A stretch of DNA of 60,952 nt, the filler included, from Basidiobolus ranarum (lineage: Eukaryota), in NCBI GenBank assembly GCA_040143965.1. It is 15 parts of 15 records of this genome, joined end to end, with 100 filler letters (N's around TTAATTAATTAA, not from the genome) between each part and the next. Parts side by side here need not be neighbours in the genome. Positions count along the whole stretch, not along the records: positions 12,243 to 16,220 come from JASJQH010002183.1; positions 16,321 to 20,295 come from JASJQH010002184.1; positions 20,396 to 24,368 come from JASJQH010002185.1; positions 24,469 to 28,439 come from JASJQH010002186.1; 11 more parts are not named here. The stretch is one strand, 5' to 3'. Below are positions 12,885 through 25,398 of the stretch, piece after piece. Under the pieces are notes generated by a model. The model was not told the DNA's origin. It did not search any database and saw nothing but the letters and a program-made list of their open reading frames with translations. Within the stretch, counting starts at the first letter, position 1, and each line of letters begins with the position of its first letter. A program made the translations under genes and the position numbers.

Positions 12885-15420
12885 TTGACTTTCTGCAGTG
12901 CTACCACAACTGTAAGGTAAAGCATAGCCAGTGGCCTCAGTGGGCAAAACTGAAGTCTTTGCACTTATGCCAATTGACATTCACCAGGCTTGGTGCAGCT
13001 GGTGACTTTTTATAGTCATCAGGCTTGTGAATAATTTTTCTATGAAGACTCTGGCTTTCATAGCACAAGAACTTGTGACTATAACAGTGGTGCTTCTTTA
13101 AGCATTTGTGCTACTGCACAGCAAGGATATTGTAGCAAAAAGAACACTCATTATGTAAGGATCTTATATTAGGTATATTCCTTAACAATCATCAGCTGAT
13201 TCTGAATTGGTGTCACAGATATGTTGTCAGGGGATTTATAAGATATTTACAGTAATGGATGGCAATTTTAGCTTGTTATAAGCTGCTTAAAAGCAATTTC
13301 AACTCACAGAGTTTACCATCTGAATATTTCAATGCGAATGAAAACACATTCAAAATCAAAATCAAAACTGGTTTCCAAGCAAAAGCCTGCTGGCTCAAAA
13401 GTAACAAAAAAGCAAGAAAGAGGACTTATTTGATGAGTAGTCTAGCAACCCACTATTCACTTTAGAGGGCATTAACATACTGAAAACTAACTCAAGTAAT
13501 GATAAAGGATTAATTAGCTTACCAGATGTTTTCTTTTCTAGCAATAACGCAAGTGAAGAGATTACAATCCCCAATTATGTAGTAAATCACTAGTTGAGAA
13601 AGGTTAAACAGAAAGCTGTCAAGACCACCAATTTCCACAATACCTGCTTTGAAAACTATTGAACACACTTCCACAAACAATTTGGAAAGAAATATTTCAA
13701 CAAGAGAAGATTAGGCAAAATACTATAATGATTTGTATACAATTAAAGATAAAAGCTACAAAGTTGCTATACAGGCCATAACCAGCAGTAGTGCTGCAAA
13801 CAAAGCAGTGTGCTGAAGCAACTAGTCATTAGTAGACTTGGTCCACTGTGCCAGGATTTATGGGACCTTAGATCAATATATTAAAGCAAATGGGATTGAA
13901 ATTGATCAAGCCAGAGGGTGATGGATAGTCCTAAATTGTGCTGCATAAATCTTAGAATACTTTTTCCAATATGATATATACAGCACAATCTGGCACTATC
14001 ACAGAGAATAAGCCCAGTTAAAGAGTCACACCACAATGATACAAGACCTTCAGAATGCTGTACTTGAGCTACAGCAATATGCTGCTCCCTCTGTCCATTC
14101 TTATATGGGATTTCAATCAATCCCACACCATAAAAATGAATGTCACCATCACAATCTAGCAGAGGAAAAAATGTTTTGCACGATTAAGCCTATATAATAA
14201 CCCAAAATTGCTTGGGCACATGATTGTAAAAATATCATAAGAAAACCAGCAAACCAACACACTCTGAGCATCAGAGCTCTGGTCACTTGCTCTGATGATG
14301 AATGGTTTAACATTTTGGAAACTGTGTGGAATTTTGGCCAAAATCACTTCAGTTTGAGCCAACTGTGAAAAAACAAAAAGTTACTCTGAAGATGCTTGAC
14401 TTGTAACATGTTGCTTCTCCTAGGTTTTTGCAAGCTAGTGGCAATTGGGTTAGTATAGGCCTGTTTATCAAACATCTTAAAAATGTGTGCAATTATCAAC
14501 TTGGAAAAGAACTGGGTCAGATATACAAGAGCAGCTCTCCAACCTCAATAGGTACTTTTTGCAGTGTTAAAATTAGCCTCAAACCTAAAGGCAAGAAAAG
14601 ATCCACACAAACACTGTAAAGCACCCTCAGTTGTGTTGCACTGCAAGGATTTATCAAAATAGTCAAAGTGCTTGAGGAGTATTTTCAAAAGTATGAAGGG
14701 CAAAATGCAGTGCAAGTATGCAAACAGTTGCTAGTGAAGAAGAACATTTAACTTCACATCCAGTCTGTAGTTGACCATGCAAGTACCTAGGAAGAACTTA
14801 ATACCAAGTGGCACAATATCACAGTGTATATGCCAGATAGCTGGAGCAATTTTGATTCAGTATAGTCCAATAAATATTCAGCTCTGCTAGAGTGTAACAG
14901 TGACTCTCATATGTTGGATGTAGGATTGATTGAAATCCAGCATAAGAATGTATAGAAGCATCAATATGTTGTTGCAACTTAAGTACAGCATTCTGAAGTT
15001 CATTTCTCATTTTTGAGTGACTCTCCAACTGATGACTAGTTGCTTCTGAATGCTGCACCAATTGCAAGATGACTTTTTTATGACAATGTCTCAGAACAAG
15101 CTGATAATTTTGATGGGATATAGCTAAAATACCACCCTGATGTAGTTGGTGCTCTTTTCTGCCAAATCCTTCTCATGCTGCAACAAATATATTTAAAAAA
15201 GCCCTTCCATTATTATCACAAAGTCTTGTTCTATGAAAACCAGAGGCCTCGAAGAAAAGTAATCACAAGTATGGTAGTTGTACAAAGCTACCGGCTGGAC
15301 AAAGCTTGGTGAGTCTCAATAGCAATAAGTGCACAAAAAGGACCATAATTGGCCTGCTGGGTCCATTGGCTGTGCTTTACCTCAGTGTTTTGCTAACACT
15401 GCTGAAAGTGAAGAAACTGG
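12885..15420. repeat. Two diverged, oppositely oriented copies of an unidentified repeated, CpG-depleted coding family (family E)
   Basis: 12885-13230 and 13810-14165 align with the reverse complement of ~14880-15420. The segment 14790-14870 (EELNTKWHNITVYMPDSW) recurs at ~39995-40094 and ~45134-45235. Confidence 0.7.
13834..14015 (+). mobile_element. 182-bp MITE (PIF/Harbinger-like) with AGT target-site duplication
   Basis: Same length and sequence as 60071-60252. Flanked by AGT (13831-33 and 14016-18). The other family E copy lacks it at the homologous site (~15030-15045). Confidence 0.8.
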
Positions 15421-15899
15421 GGATTTAACACTGTTATATGACTAGAATTGTGTATCTTGAAGTGCAAGTTTGGTTGCACCAGCAAATGTAGAAAACTTTG
15501 AGGATATGTTGCTAGATGGCAACATTGGATATTGCAGTACAGATGGCAGTAAAACGGAAGAAAATTAAGAAGAATACAAAGGATTTATTATGGACTGTTT
15601 GTTATCAGCAAATATTAGTCCACTGATAATATTTTCAGTAAAGGAAGCAGCCTTGATTATAGAGCAATGGAGAGTCCAATCCAATCTTAGCAACCAGGTG
15701 TTAACTGGTTTTCTTACATTTTTACTGCAGTTGATTGAAAAATATTATTTACCACAGATCCAGTACAAATGGAAAACACTTAGTAATCATATGATATATA
15801 ATCCTTCAGAAACTAAACTACCTTTAGGTCCAAATACTTCATTGGCTGTCACCAAAGAACTGAAAAGCCTAAAGTCATCCCTAACAAAAATAAAATCAA

Positions 15900-16071
15900 T
15901 TTGATTTGGATTGGATCTGCCCTTCCAAAGCACAAACCCATCAGAGAATCATCACAATATCAGTGGCTTGCATTCTGCCAGGGATTTTGATGGTGTGATG
16001 GTGGAATCTTGACAGTTATTCAATGATACTCATACATGTTTAAATATTGATCCTCATATTTAGCATGCATT
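15900..16071 (-). mobile_element. CACTA-type transposase relic (N-terminal part)
   Basis: Aligns with 23965-24135 (ccatcagagaa...ggcttgcattctgccagggattttgatggtgtga). Confidence 0.65.
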
Positions 16072-16220
16072 AGACTTGTTCCATTTTATTAAGCCAGATC
16101 AGGCCAGCTAAAAAGTGTGCAAGCACAAATTGGCATGATTGGGCACTATCTGGCATGATGTTATTTACCATTTTGGAAACAGTTCATTTTACTTATGTGG
16201 TATATTGAAGAAAAGTACTT
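16072..16220 (+). mobile_element. Left end of a MITE-related element inserted after ATT
   Basis: Starts AGACTTGTTCCATT like the 182-bp MITE and interrupts the CACTA relic. Truncated by the contig end. Confidence 0.5.
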
Positions 16221-17094
16221 NNNNNNNNNNNNNNNNNNNNNNNNNNNNNNNNNNNNNNNNNNNNTTAATTAATTAANNNNNNNNNNNNNNNNNNNNNNNN
16301 NNNNNNNNNNNNNNNNNNNNTTTGTTGAAACACTTGGAAGTGTCGTTTACTGATGTATGGCTTGGTCTTGAATTGAGCCTGATGGTGCCGGACACAAGCG
16401 CCTCCAGCGGTCAAGTCGGTGAATCCATCATCTCCAACATCGTATCATTGTCTCCAAGGATATTTTCAGACGGGGCTGATGGTCAAATGGGAATGGATTG
16501 TTCAAGAGCATGGTTCACACTTACAAGTCATACTTCTCAAGTACAATCCATACATTGTACGAATATTCTCCGGCCATGCTTCGAAAATATCTTGCATTGG
16601 AGGGCAAGTGGGGGTATGAGGACGGGCTGGACAGGTGGAATGAAAGATAATAAGGAAAGTTGAAAGCGAGCATGTATGCTGCGCTGTCTGGTTCAAAAAT
16701 ATAATCCTTGGATGATACCTTATTGGGGTATATTCTACACGACCCTCCACAACAATGCATAGAGTTCGGCTAAATGGAAGAGTGGATCCAAATTAATTGA
16801 GCACCTAGTTTCTAGTGGATCCTTGCTTGTTTTCAATCCAGGTTACAATCAACAAATTTAGCTTATTCTCATACTATTCATTGTTTCCGAACTCATGCGA
16901 AACAAAGCAACCTCAACTGATTGTAAAACCTTAAGCATGCTAATGCAAGTCTACTAGATTGACTCCAGAATGAAATCGCCAGTTTGGCTTTGGAATCAGC
17001 TATATAATGAGTCTTCCTGGTCCAACTACTAAAAACCTTTTCACTACTCGCCACGTTAAAATCGTTTCTTGGGTTTAGCGCGACATCAAAAGAC

Positions 17095-17656
17095 ATGGCT
17101 CAAGAGAAATCATACACTGAGGAGGAGGAAGCTTCCATTATAGAGGATTTCGATTCAGGCATCGGATCTCTAACGGAAATTGGGTCTACTACCACTCTGC
17201 CCAGCATAAAGATGACCTTGGACAACGACTTTTCTGACAAAAATTCGCTGTTATATTGGGACATTGATATCACATACCCCTCCGATTTCTATGAGGACGA
17301 AAAGCGATTAAGTATTGCTCTAAGTTACTTGACTGATGATGATAGCCATTCTCACATTTCTAGCTCATTGGACCTGGAGTCCTGTTCTGGTGGAGTGCTA
17401 TTCGAGAAGAAACCGACAAAGCTAGGAGGGTTGAGAGACAAATTGAAAGGCTCAATAAAGGTAGGCCTGTATTATATTACATTGGGAATATAGGTAATTC
17501 AGAACTTGATACTCAGACAAACTGTACATCTAGCATAGCCTGGGGTTTATTTTACATAACGAGAAGTGGTTGCTTGATGGTCAATATCTCATCGCCCTTG
17601 GGCATCATAAAATCAAAGCAGCAAAGTCCAAAGTCTATCAATCGAAGGAATACTAA
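17095..17656 (+). CDS. Hypothetical acidic, Ser-rich protein; 2 exons, ~162 aa
   Basis: Exon 1 is 17095-17460. Phase-0 intron 17461-17533 (GTAGGC...TAG). Exon 2 reads HSLGFILHNEKWLLDGQYLIALGHHKIKAAKSKVYQSKEY*. Confidence 0.6.
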
Positions 17657-19773
17657 CTTCCTTAAAACGGGCCGTTATTTTTTGATCACCAACTCCCCAT
17701 AACGGTCGAAAGGTTTACCTCTTTTCTGTCTATCTTTAACCCCCCTATCTCAACCAACTCTTAACCCTCCAAGTCTCTAAAAACCTACATATTTCACGGG
17801 GTGTCGCCTCGTTAACAAGGAAAAAGATCTCCCTTGTAACTTATTCTCACAATATCAACAAATCTAGATTCCTAACTTGGTACTGACTATAGCGCAGTAT
17901 AGTGATAGCGGTGCAAGCTTTTGAGTGATGATTTCGAAACGATTTCCTGTGTTCGTGAGGCAATAACAATAAGCAGGCATAACGAGGGACCCAATCGGAC
18001 TATAGTAGAGGGTCTCTCAGGCGAAACTCCAGGGGTGACCTTTTGAATTTCCCTTGTTGAATATTGGCAATCTTCTGGCCGCTTGAACCAAAATAGATAT
18101 GTACAGCCATGTAAAATAATGTATCGTCAACTACTACTCATACCTATCAGTATCTGACAAAAATGTCCACTTAAGATTCCAATTATCCTGTCGTTATCAT
18201 GTAGAGTAAATAAATCTAACTTTGAACAACGCCATTTTGTTTGTGCCATTTTTGGGCTGAAGTCCTGTCTGGTGGTATCTTCAACACTAGTACTGCCAAG
18301 CGGATTGGGCTGTCTATGGATATATGATGTGCATTATCAATTGGAATTTCTGTTTCCAACGTCACAGTGATCATAGGTTCACTTCATTAGTGGATGCCAA
18401 GCCAGATACTACCAATATCACCCCATCTACATATACACCTGTCTGCTACTTCTCTTATCACATGAGGTCTCATTCAAATTGGAAATAATATCATGGATGC
18501 AAGACACATTTAGATCGTCCTCGTGGAATATTCAAAAAACCAGTTTATGTGCAAATGTGGAGCTACTAGAAGTGATTGTGCACTGCATATTTGCTTAATT
18601 ACAAGTCTCGTTCTTTGGAGAGCGGTGTCTGATGAGTTTTCATGACTGTAACCAAGATATATTACTAGGGGAAGAATAAGGACAATATTTGCTCCTCAAG
18701 CATCGCCACAATAGTTAGTATGCCATGATTGTGTGGTTTAAATTGTAGCTAACAAAGCATAGGTTTTAGAGTCATGTATGGGTTGTCCAATGGAAGCTTA
18801 CTTTCATCAAGGCTGAATTACTATTTACCAAACCGAAGCCCAACTAAAGCGCTACCCTTTCACATTATTGCCACCGAAGGATTGTATTATACATGGATAA
18901 GAATCTTCCTTTTAATGTATTAGTTGCAGCCAGTCAGATTGGAAATAGAATGCTTGATTTGTGTGAAACATAGGGAAGGCGCAATCTTCATATTATCTTT
19001 GAAGGAAGTCATTAAGCTAAGGCTAGTATAATAGTCATGATATAGTTGGTGTTGTCTAGGCTTGTCGAGTTGATAATTTTTGGAAGATAACGATACCATG
19101 CATGGTTATGTGTTATCCAAGCAATAGTATAAACCCCTTACAGACAAGCAATAGCTTATATCATGAAATATAGATCTTTGGAAGAAAATTTCCACATAGA
19201 ATGACATACATATTCTTAATAATGAACGAATCATCTGTCATATATCAGCTCAACATCATTCTGATATAACATGCTTCGCACTCCTCTTGAGCATTCCGAA
19301 TTATATGATAGAAATATAATAGCAACAAGGCCAATATGATGCCACAAACAGCACCACAACGTGTTAATAATCCTTCTTATACTGCGTTTTCTCCAATACA
19401 ATGACAATACCACTTGAAAAAATCCGAAATTAGTTGTATTGTTGTGACCATTATAGTCTACATTTTTCATGATTATTCTGAAGATTTAAATAATAATGAA
19501 TAAAATCACTGATAATCTGTCACTACGCTAAGTACCTGTAATTCCTCCTAGATAGGAACAAGCGACTAGTAATGTTATACATATCTTAGTGAATATAGCA
19601 ATTATTGGCACTATTACTAAACTTTGTCGCCATTTCCTTCCTTTGGAACAATTGATGAGCATTATCTTGTTCACATTGTTTGAAACATTGTAAAAGCACT
19701 ATATAACTTTAGAAATAATCCCCTTTCTCCTCACAAATATGTTGAAATTTGATCCTGGTATACCCCAAGAGAC

Positions 19774-20112
19774 TGTTGAAATTAGCATTGCCTAAACACC
19801 TATATAGTCATATATAGCTTAGTACTTAGTTATCTTATACTTCACTAAGATATTATCCATTATTCTCAATCGGAATTTACTTTTACCAACTTGGAAGTTC
19901 TCAGATATATATATATTTCAAACTTGTGCTAGAAGCCCGAAACTTTGCACACATGCTCCTGGGACCTTCCTTAACATATTTTACACGTTAGTTTGTTTAC
20001 ATCTTGACAAAACTATAAATGTCAACTGAATACTCAATAAATCAATAAGTGAAAACCACCAATTCCTCTAATTCTCCAAACCACTTCCAATAGGCTCCCA
20101 AATACTTTAACA
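19774..20112 (+). repeat. Solo LTR, copia family B, with GAGAC target-site duplication
   Basis: TGTTGAAATTAGCATTGCC...TACTTTAACA, flanked by GAGAC at 19769-73 and 20113-17. Matches the 3' LTR at 22707-23054. Confidence 0.92.
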
Positions 20113-20224
20113 GAGACAACATGTTACTAACTAAAATGTCAATATTAGAGTGTTCTGGTAATTTATCATGGGAAACAGTCTATTGATTGAAGGATCCATG
20201 TTGGTTAACCCTAACCCTAACATT

Positions 20225-20295
20225 TGTTAAAGTATTTTGGGAGCCTGTTGGAAGTGGTTTAGAGATATAGAGAAATTAGTGGTTTTCACTTGTTG
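20225..20295 (-). repeat. Partial family B LTR in inverted orientation, cut by the contig end
   Basis: TGTTAAAGTATTTTGGGAGCC is the reverse complement of the family B LTR 3' end. Confidence 0.8.
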
Positions 20296-20395
20296 NNNNN
20301 NNNNNNNNNNNNNNNNNNNNNNNNNNNNNNNNNNNNNNNTTAATTAATTAANNNNNNNNNNNNNNNNNNNNNNNNNNNNNNNNNNNNNNNNNNNN

Positions 20396-23054
20396 ACTTC
20401 AACACTATTTAAGCACTTTTGCAAAGTTCATGGAATTAAGCAAGAAACTACTGCCCCCTATTCACCACAACAAAATGGAGTTGCTGAAAGAGCTAACAGG
20501 ACTATAATAGAAATGGCAAGATCTACCATAATTGCACAAAATTTATCTCATAACTTTTGGGCAGAATCTGTTGCTACAGCTGTATATCTGAAGAATAGGA
20601 GTTTTACTAGAAGTCTGTCAAACTCTACATCATATCAAGCTTGGTTTGGAGTTAAACCTGATGTAAAACATTTGAGGATCTTTGGATGCATTGCTTATGT
20701 CAAAATTATGACAAAAAATTGGTCTAAATATGATCCCAAAAGTAAGAAAGGGATATTTCTGGGTTATTGTACACAAACTAAGGCCTACAGAATCTATGAT
20801 ACCAAAATTGCCAAGTTAATCAAGTACAGGGATGTTTTGTTTAATGAAAATGAAGAATTTTCAACCAAAATGATCTCAGATGATGACAAAAATCAATTTT
20901 CACCTGATCCAATCATTCAAAATCATTCCAAACCAAAACAATGAAGAAAATAGCATTCCTGTGGACCCCTCAACCAAACGTTTGCCTACTGATGTGCTCA
21001 ATACAATGCCAGAAGTTGTAGTACCTTTATCCCAAACCAGGAGATCAAATTGGAGCTGAAATAGACCTGATTACTATTTCAATGTCCTCCAAAATTGGGC
21101 CTATGCCTGCACAGCTCAAATGCAAGAACCCCAGACTGTAAAAGAGGCCCTGAATGGCCCTCACACAAAATCTTGGAGATCTGCAATGGCTGATGAGTAC
21201 CAGGCTCTGATTGATAATCAAACTTGGATTTTAACCAACTTACCTGATGCTAGAAAATCAATTGGCTGCCAATGGGTGTTGAAAGTTAAATACAACTCTG
21301 ATGGCAATATAGAAAGTACAAGGCCAGACTAGTAGCCAAATGCTATTTCCAAACACCAGGAATAGATTATACAGAAACTTTTGCTGCTCTAGGAAAGTTT
21401 AATTCAATTGGATTGATTTTAGCAATTTCAGCTAAATATCAGTTTATTATACATCAAATGGATGTTAAAACTGCCTTTTTAACTGGTGAGCTTGCTGAGG
21501 AGATCTATATGGACCAGCCAGATGGATTTGTGGACCCAGAAAGCCCTAAAAAAGTTTTCAGACTCCGGAAAACACTCTATGGCTTAAAGCAATCTCCAAG
21601 AGCTTGGAATAGCAAGATGGATACTTTTGTAGAAACACTCAAATTCCAAAGGAGTAATGCTGACTATAGCATCTATTTCAGGCCAGATAAGACAAACCCA
21701 GTTTTATTAGCCTTATATGTGGATGACCTTATTGTAGCAACCAATGACTTCAAGACTTTGGAGAAAACCAAATCCAGCCTATCTGCTGAATTCAAAATGA
21801 CTGATCTTGGTGAACTGACATATTATCTTGGAATCCAAATTAAGATAGATAGAACTACCAAAACAATGACTTTAGACCAGTCTAAGTAAATCCTAGATAT
21901 ATTAAAGAAGTTTAAATTGGAAAATGTAATCCAGTATCTACCTCAATGGAGACAAATCTTAACTTTACCAAAAATGGCTCAAACCAGAAGTTCTTGGATT
22001 CAAATGAAAGCCAGAAGTTTCCTTATCAATCTATGCTTGGTAGTTGGATGTATATCATGGTTGGAACATGGCCAGATATTGCATATTCTGTGGGAGTTAT
22101 GTGCCAATATGTTCAAAATTATGGATCTGATCAAACCATAGCAGTTAGGTGGATTTTGGGATATTTGAAAGGTACTGTGGATCTATGCTGAAAATACACA
22201 TATTCTGGATCAAACTTTGATTTGATGGGATATTCAGATGCAAATTGGGGAAGAGATATTGAAAACAGGAGATCTACAACAGGATACTTATTTCTTTGCT
22301 GTAATGGAGCTATTTCTTGGAATTCAAAGAAACAACTTACCATAGCACTTTCAATGACAGAAGCTGAATACATGGCTGCCTGTGAAGCACCAATAGAAGC
22401 AATAAAGGTTAAGGAAACTCTTAACTGATTTGGGTCATTCTCAAAATTTGCCAACTACAATATTTTAAGATAATCAAAGTTGTATCAAATTAGCTAAAAT
22501 CCCATGTTTCATAATATAAGCAAACACATAGATATTAAGCATCACTTCACTAGAGAGACTATAGAGAATAAGTTTATTGACTTAACTTATTGTTCTACAG
22601 AAGACATGATTACTGATATATTAACCAAACCATTAGCTAGACAGAAATTTGAGAAATTTAGTGCTTTGTTAAGATAAGTCTCTATGACTATTTAGTTGAG
22701 GGAGAGTATTGAAATTAGCATTGCCTAAACACCTATATAGTTACATATAGCTTAGTACTTAGCTATCTTATAATTCACCATGATATTATTGATTATTCTC
22801 AATTGGAATTTACTTAGAATATTTTTACCAACTTAGAAGTCCTCAGATATATAGATTTTTCAAACTTGTGCTAGAAGCCCCAAACTTTGCTCACATGTTC
22901 CTGGGACCTTCCTTAACATATTCTACATGTTTGTTTGTTTACATCTTGACAAAACCATAAATATCAACTTTCTACTCAATAAATCAATAAGTGAAAATCA
23001 CCAATTCCTCTTATTCTCCAAACCACTTCCAACAGGCTCCCAAATACTTTAACA
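20396..23054 (+). mobile_element. Degenerate Ty1/copia family B: integrase, RT, RNase H, PPT and 3' LTR
   Basis: Integrase PYSPQQNGVAERANRTIIEMAR and FWAESVATAVY. RT HQMDVKTAFL and LYVDDL. RNase H GYSDANWG. PPT GAGGGAGAG ending at 22706. LTR 22707-23054. Several stops and frameshifts. Confidence 0.96.
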
Positions 23055-24320
23055 CATAGAGCCTAATAGGGAGCTCTGGCTCCAGCTGATCCCCTTTGGC
23101 AACATGACTTAAGCTTAAGGCTAATCCCAAGCTTAATGCCAGACTGGCTATTTGGTAAACTGATGTCAGTGACTATTTGAAGTCTAACTGGGCTGTTGAT
23201 GGTAAAATCATAGAGTTAGGTGTTGTATTTGGATAATAGTAATATGTATGCCTAGTATAATAAACTCCATTGATCTAACAGAATCTGCGGCAAGACAATG
23301 CATTGTGCCCACAAAAACCTCCATATTTACTGATGGCTGGAGTGTCATTAATTCATATAAAGATTTCAGTTTAAATCTATAATCACCCATCTGAACCACA
23401 TTAGATAACCGTTCCAATTCCACAATCAAAGGCTCCAAGAAGCTCTCTATAAGCACTGGTGATTGAGGCCCATATATGATGGATAGTATCAAAATCTTAT
23501 GACTCTTTTATTGTTCACAAGGAGGGAGATTTAAGTTAATTAAAATTAACATAATTGGCCAGCAAGCCTTTCTGGTAGTATGTTTTATTTGTGAGAAATT
23601 GGCCAGAGTCAATGCAAATGCATGATCATATGTGTTCTCAAAGAAACCTTGCCTTTCAAGATTTTTGTAATGCTATGTTTCAAGTATATTGGTATACATT
23701 CAGCTTTATGGTGAGTACTTTGGTATTGGATCAATGATCTATATTTGCATGCTTTCATCACAACTTTAATACAAGGCATCAATGACATATATGCGCAATG
23801 TGAACAATATTTACCTGATTCAGTGATCATAAATTGTGTGCAAACAGTACACAACTCCAGGTTTTTCTGATCACCAGTGAAAGCCAAACAATCATTTGGA
23901 TGTGAAGGTAGATTATATACTGATGGAATAAAAGTCATTAAATACCCTGACAAAAATAAAATTGTTTTGATCCTGATTGGATCCACCCTCCAAACTAGCA
24001 AAACCATCAGAGAACTGTTACAATATTGGTGGCTTGCATTCTGCCAGGGATTTTGATGGTGTGACAGCGGTTTCTTGACGGTAATTTGATGGTATTCATA
24101 CATGCTAAAACATTGATCCTCAAATTTGGCATGCGTTATTTAATATTCAGCAATTTTTGCAAAAATCTAATTTTTGAATGGCAAATTACTGGGTTTACTG
24201 CTCTAGGAATTTGAATTAATATGCATGCCTTTATTTAGATATTTTAGGCTTTTTATTCCAGCCATAATGAGAATCAAAAAATACAAGAATCTTGTTGTGT
24301 TTAGTTTCTACATATGCACA
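23055..24320 (-). mobile_element. CACTA/EnSpm-type transposase relic
   Basis: ILILSIIYGPQSPVLIESFLEPLIVELERLSN (ORF 23208-23492) and Cys-rich N-terminal relics. Multi-copy in the window. Confidence 0.78.
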
Positions 24321-24468
24321 TACTTGACTGATTAGACATTACTCAACAACATCAATATGCTCTACCAGNNNNNNNNNNNNNNNNNNNNNNNNNNNNNNNN
24401 NNNNNNNNNNNNTTAATTAATTAANNNNNNNNNNNNNNNNNNNNNNNNNNNNNNNNNNNNNNNNNNNN

Positions 24469-25398
24469 AGACTCGGTTGTAGCCTTGGTAGGCTTGTGAG
24501 AATCAGTAGAAGCTTCAGTAGATTTGTGAGAGTCAGTAGAGGCTTCAGTAGACTTGGGAGATTCGGTTGTAGCCTTGGTAGGCTTCTGAGAGTCAGAAGT
24601 AACCTCGGTGAGCTTATGAGAGCTGGTGGTGGCTACGGTAGACTTATGAGCTGCAGAGGAGCTGCCGGTGGTGGTAGTATTAACCTTATGCTCATTGTAC
24701 CAATTACAAATTGGGGTCTCTAGGCTTGAAGCCTTTAGTGCTGCTTCAATACCACATTTTTCAATGACGCATGCCCCGCTATCACTAATAAAGTCGTCAT
24801 GTCCTGGATTATTAGAATCGCAGAGGCAAGAGAATGATTCCACAAAGTAAGGACTATTTTCATCTTGGGTATAGTGAGACCAACATTTCTTTCCTGCTTC
24901 TACAGAGCAGTTATCGACGCATTTATTGGGGTTCTTGAATGGAAAATATTTCGCTCCCTTTGTTCCAGTAGGCTGACTCTCCGAAGTTGAGGTAGGCTTT
25001 TGTGTTTCAGTTGATTTAGAAGAAGCGTTAGAAGCGGTAGACTTACTTTCAGTAGGCTTGGGAGTAACTTTGTTCTTATTGTACCAAGCGCACATTTGAC
25101 CTTCTGTAGTATCTTCGAAGGGGTCTCTATTGAAAAACCAGCAGTTATTACTCATACATGTGTTTATACTGTTCATAAATGCGGTATGTCCAGGATTAGA
25201 AGAATCACAAAGGCAAGATAAAGATTCAATAAAGTGAGGGCTGTTTGGATCCTGAGTATAGTCAGCGTAGCACACCTTTCCGGCTACTTCGTTACACGAG
25301 GCGACACAACTCGACTCATATGTATATGGAAAATCTACGGTCGCAGAAACAAATCCAAAGGCAGTAAGGCCTGCAAATATCGAAGTAGTAAAATGCAT
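24469..25398 (-). CDS. Secreted protein with two tandem Cys-rich domains and S/T-rich 10-aa repeats (3'-truncated)
   Basis: Signal peptide. Duplicated domain CVxxCxxxAGKxCxxxYTQDxNSPxFxESxSCLCDSxNPGH. KSTEASTDSH-type 30-bp repeats at 24469-24650 run into the contig end. Confidence 0.85.

Noticed and set aside
16322-16760. Short ORFs on both strands, with a possible minus-strand intron
   Set aside because: No recognisable domain and no convincing gene model at the contig edge.
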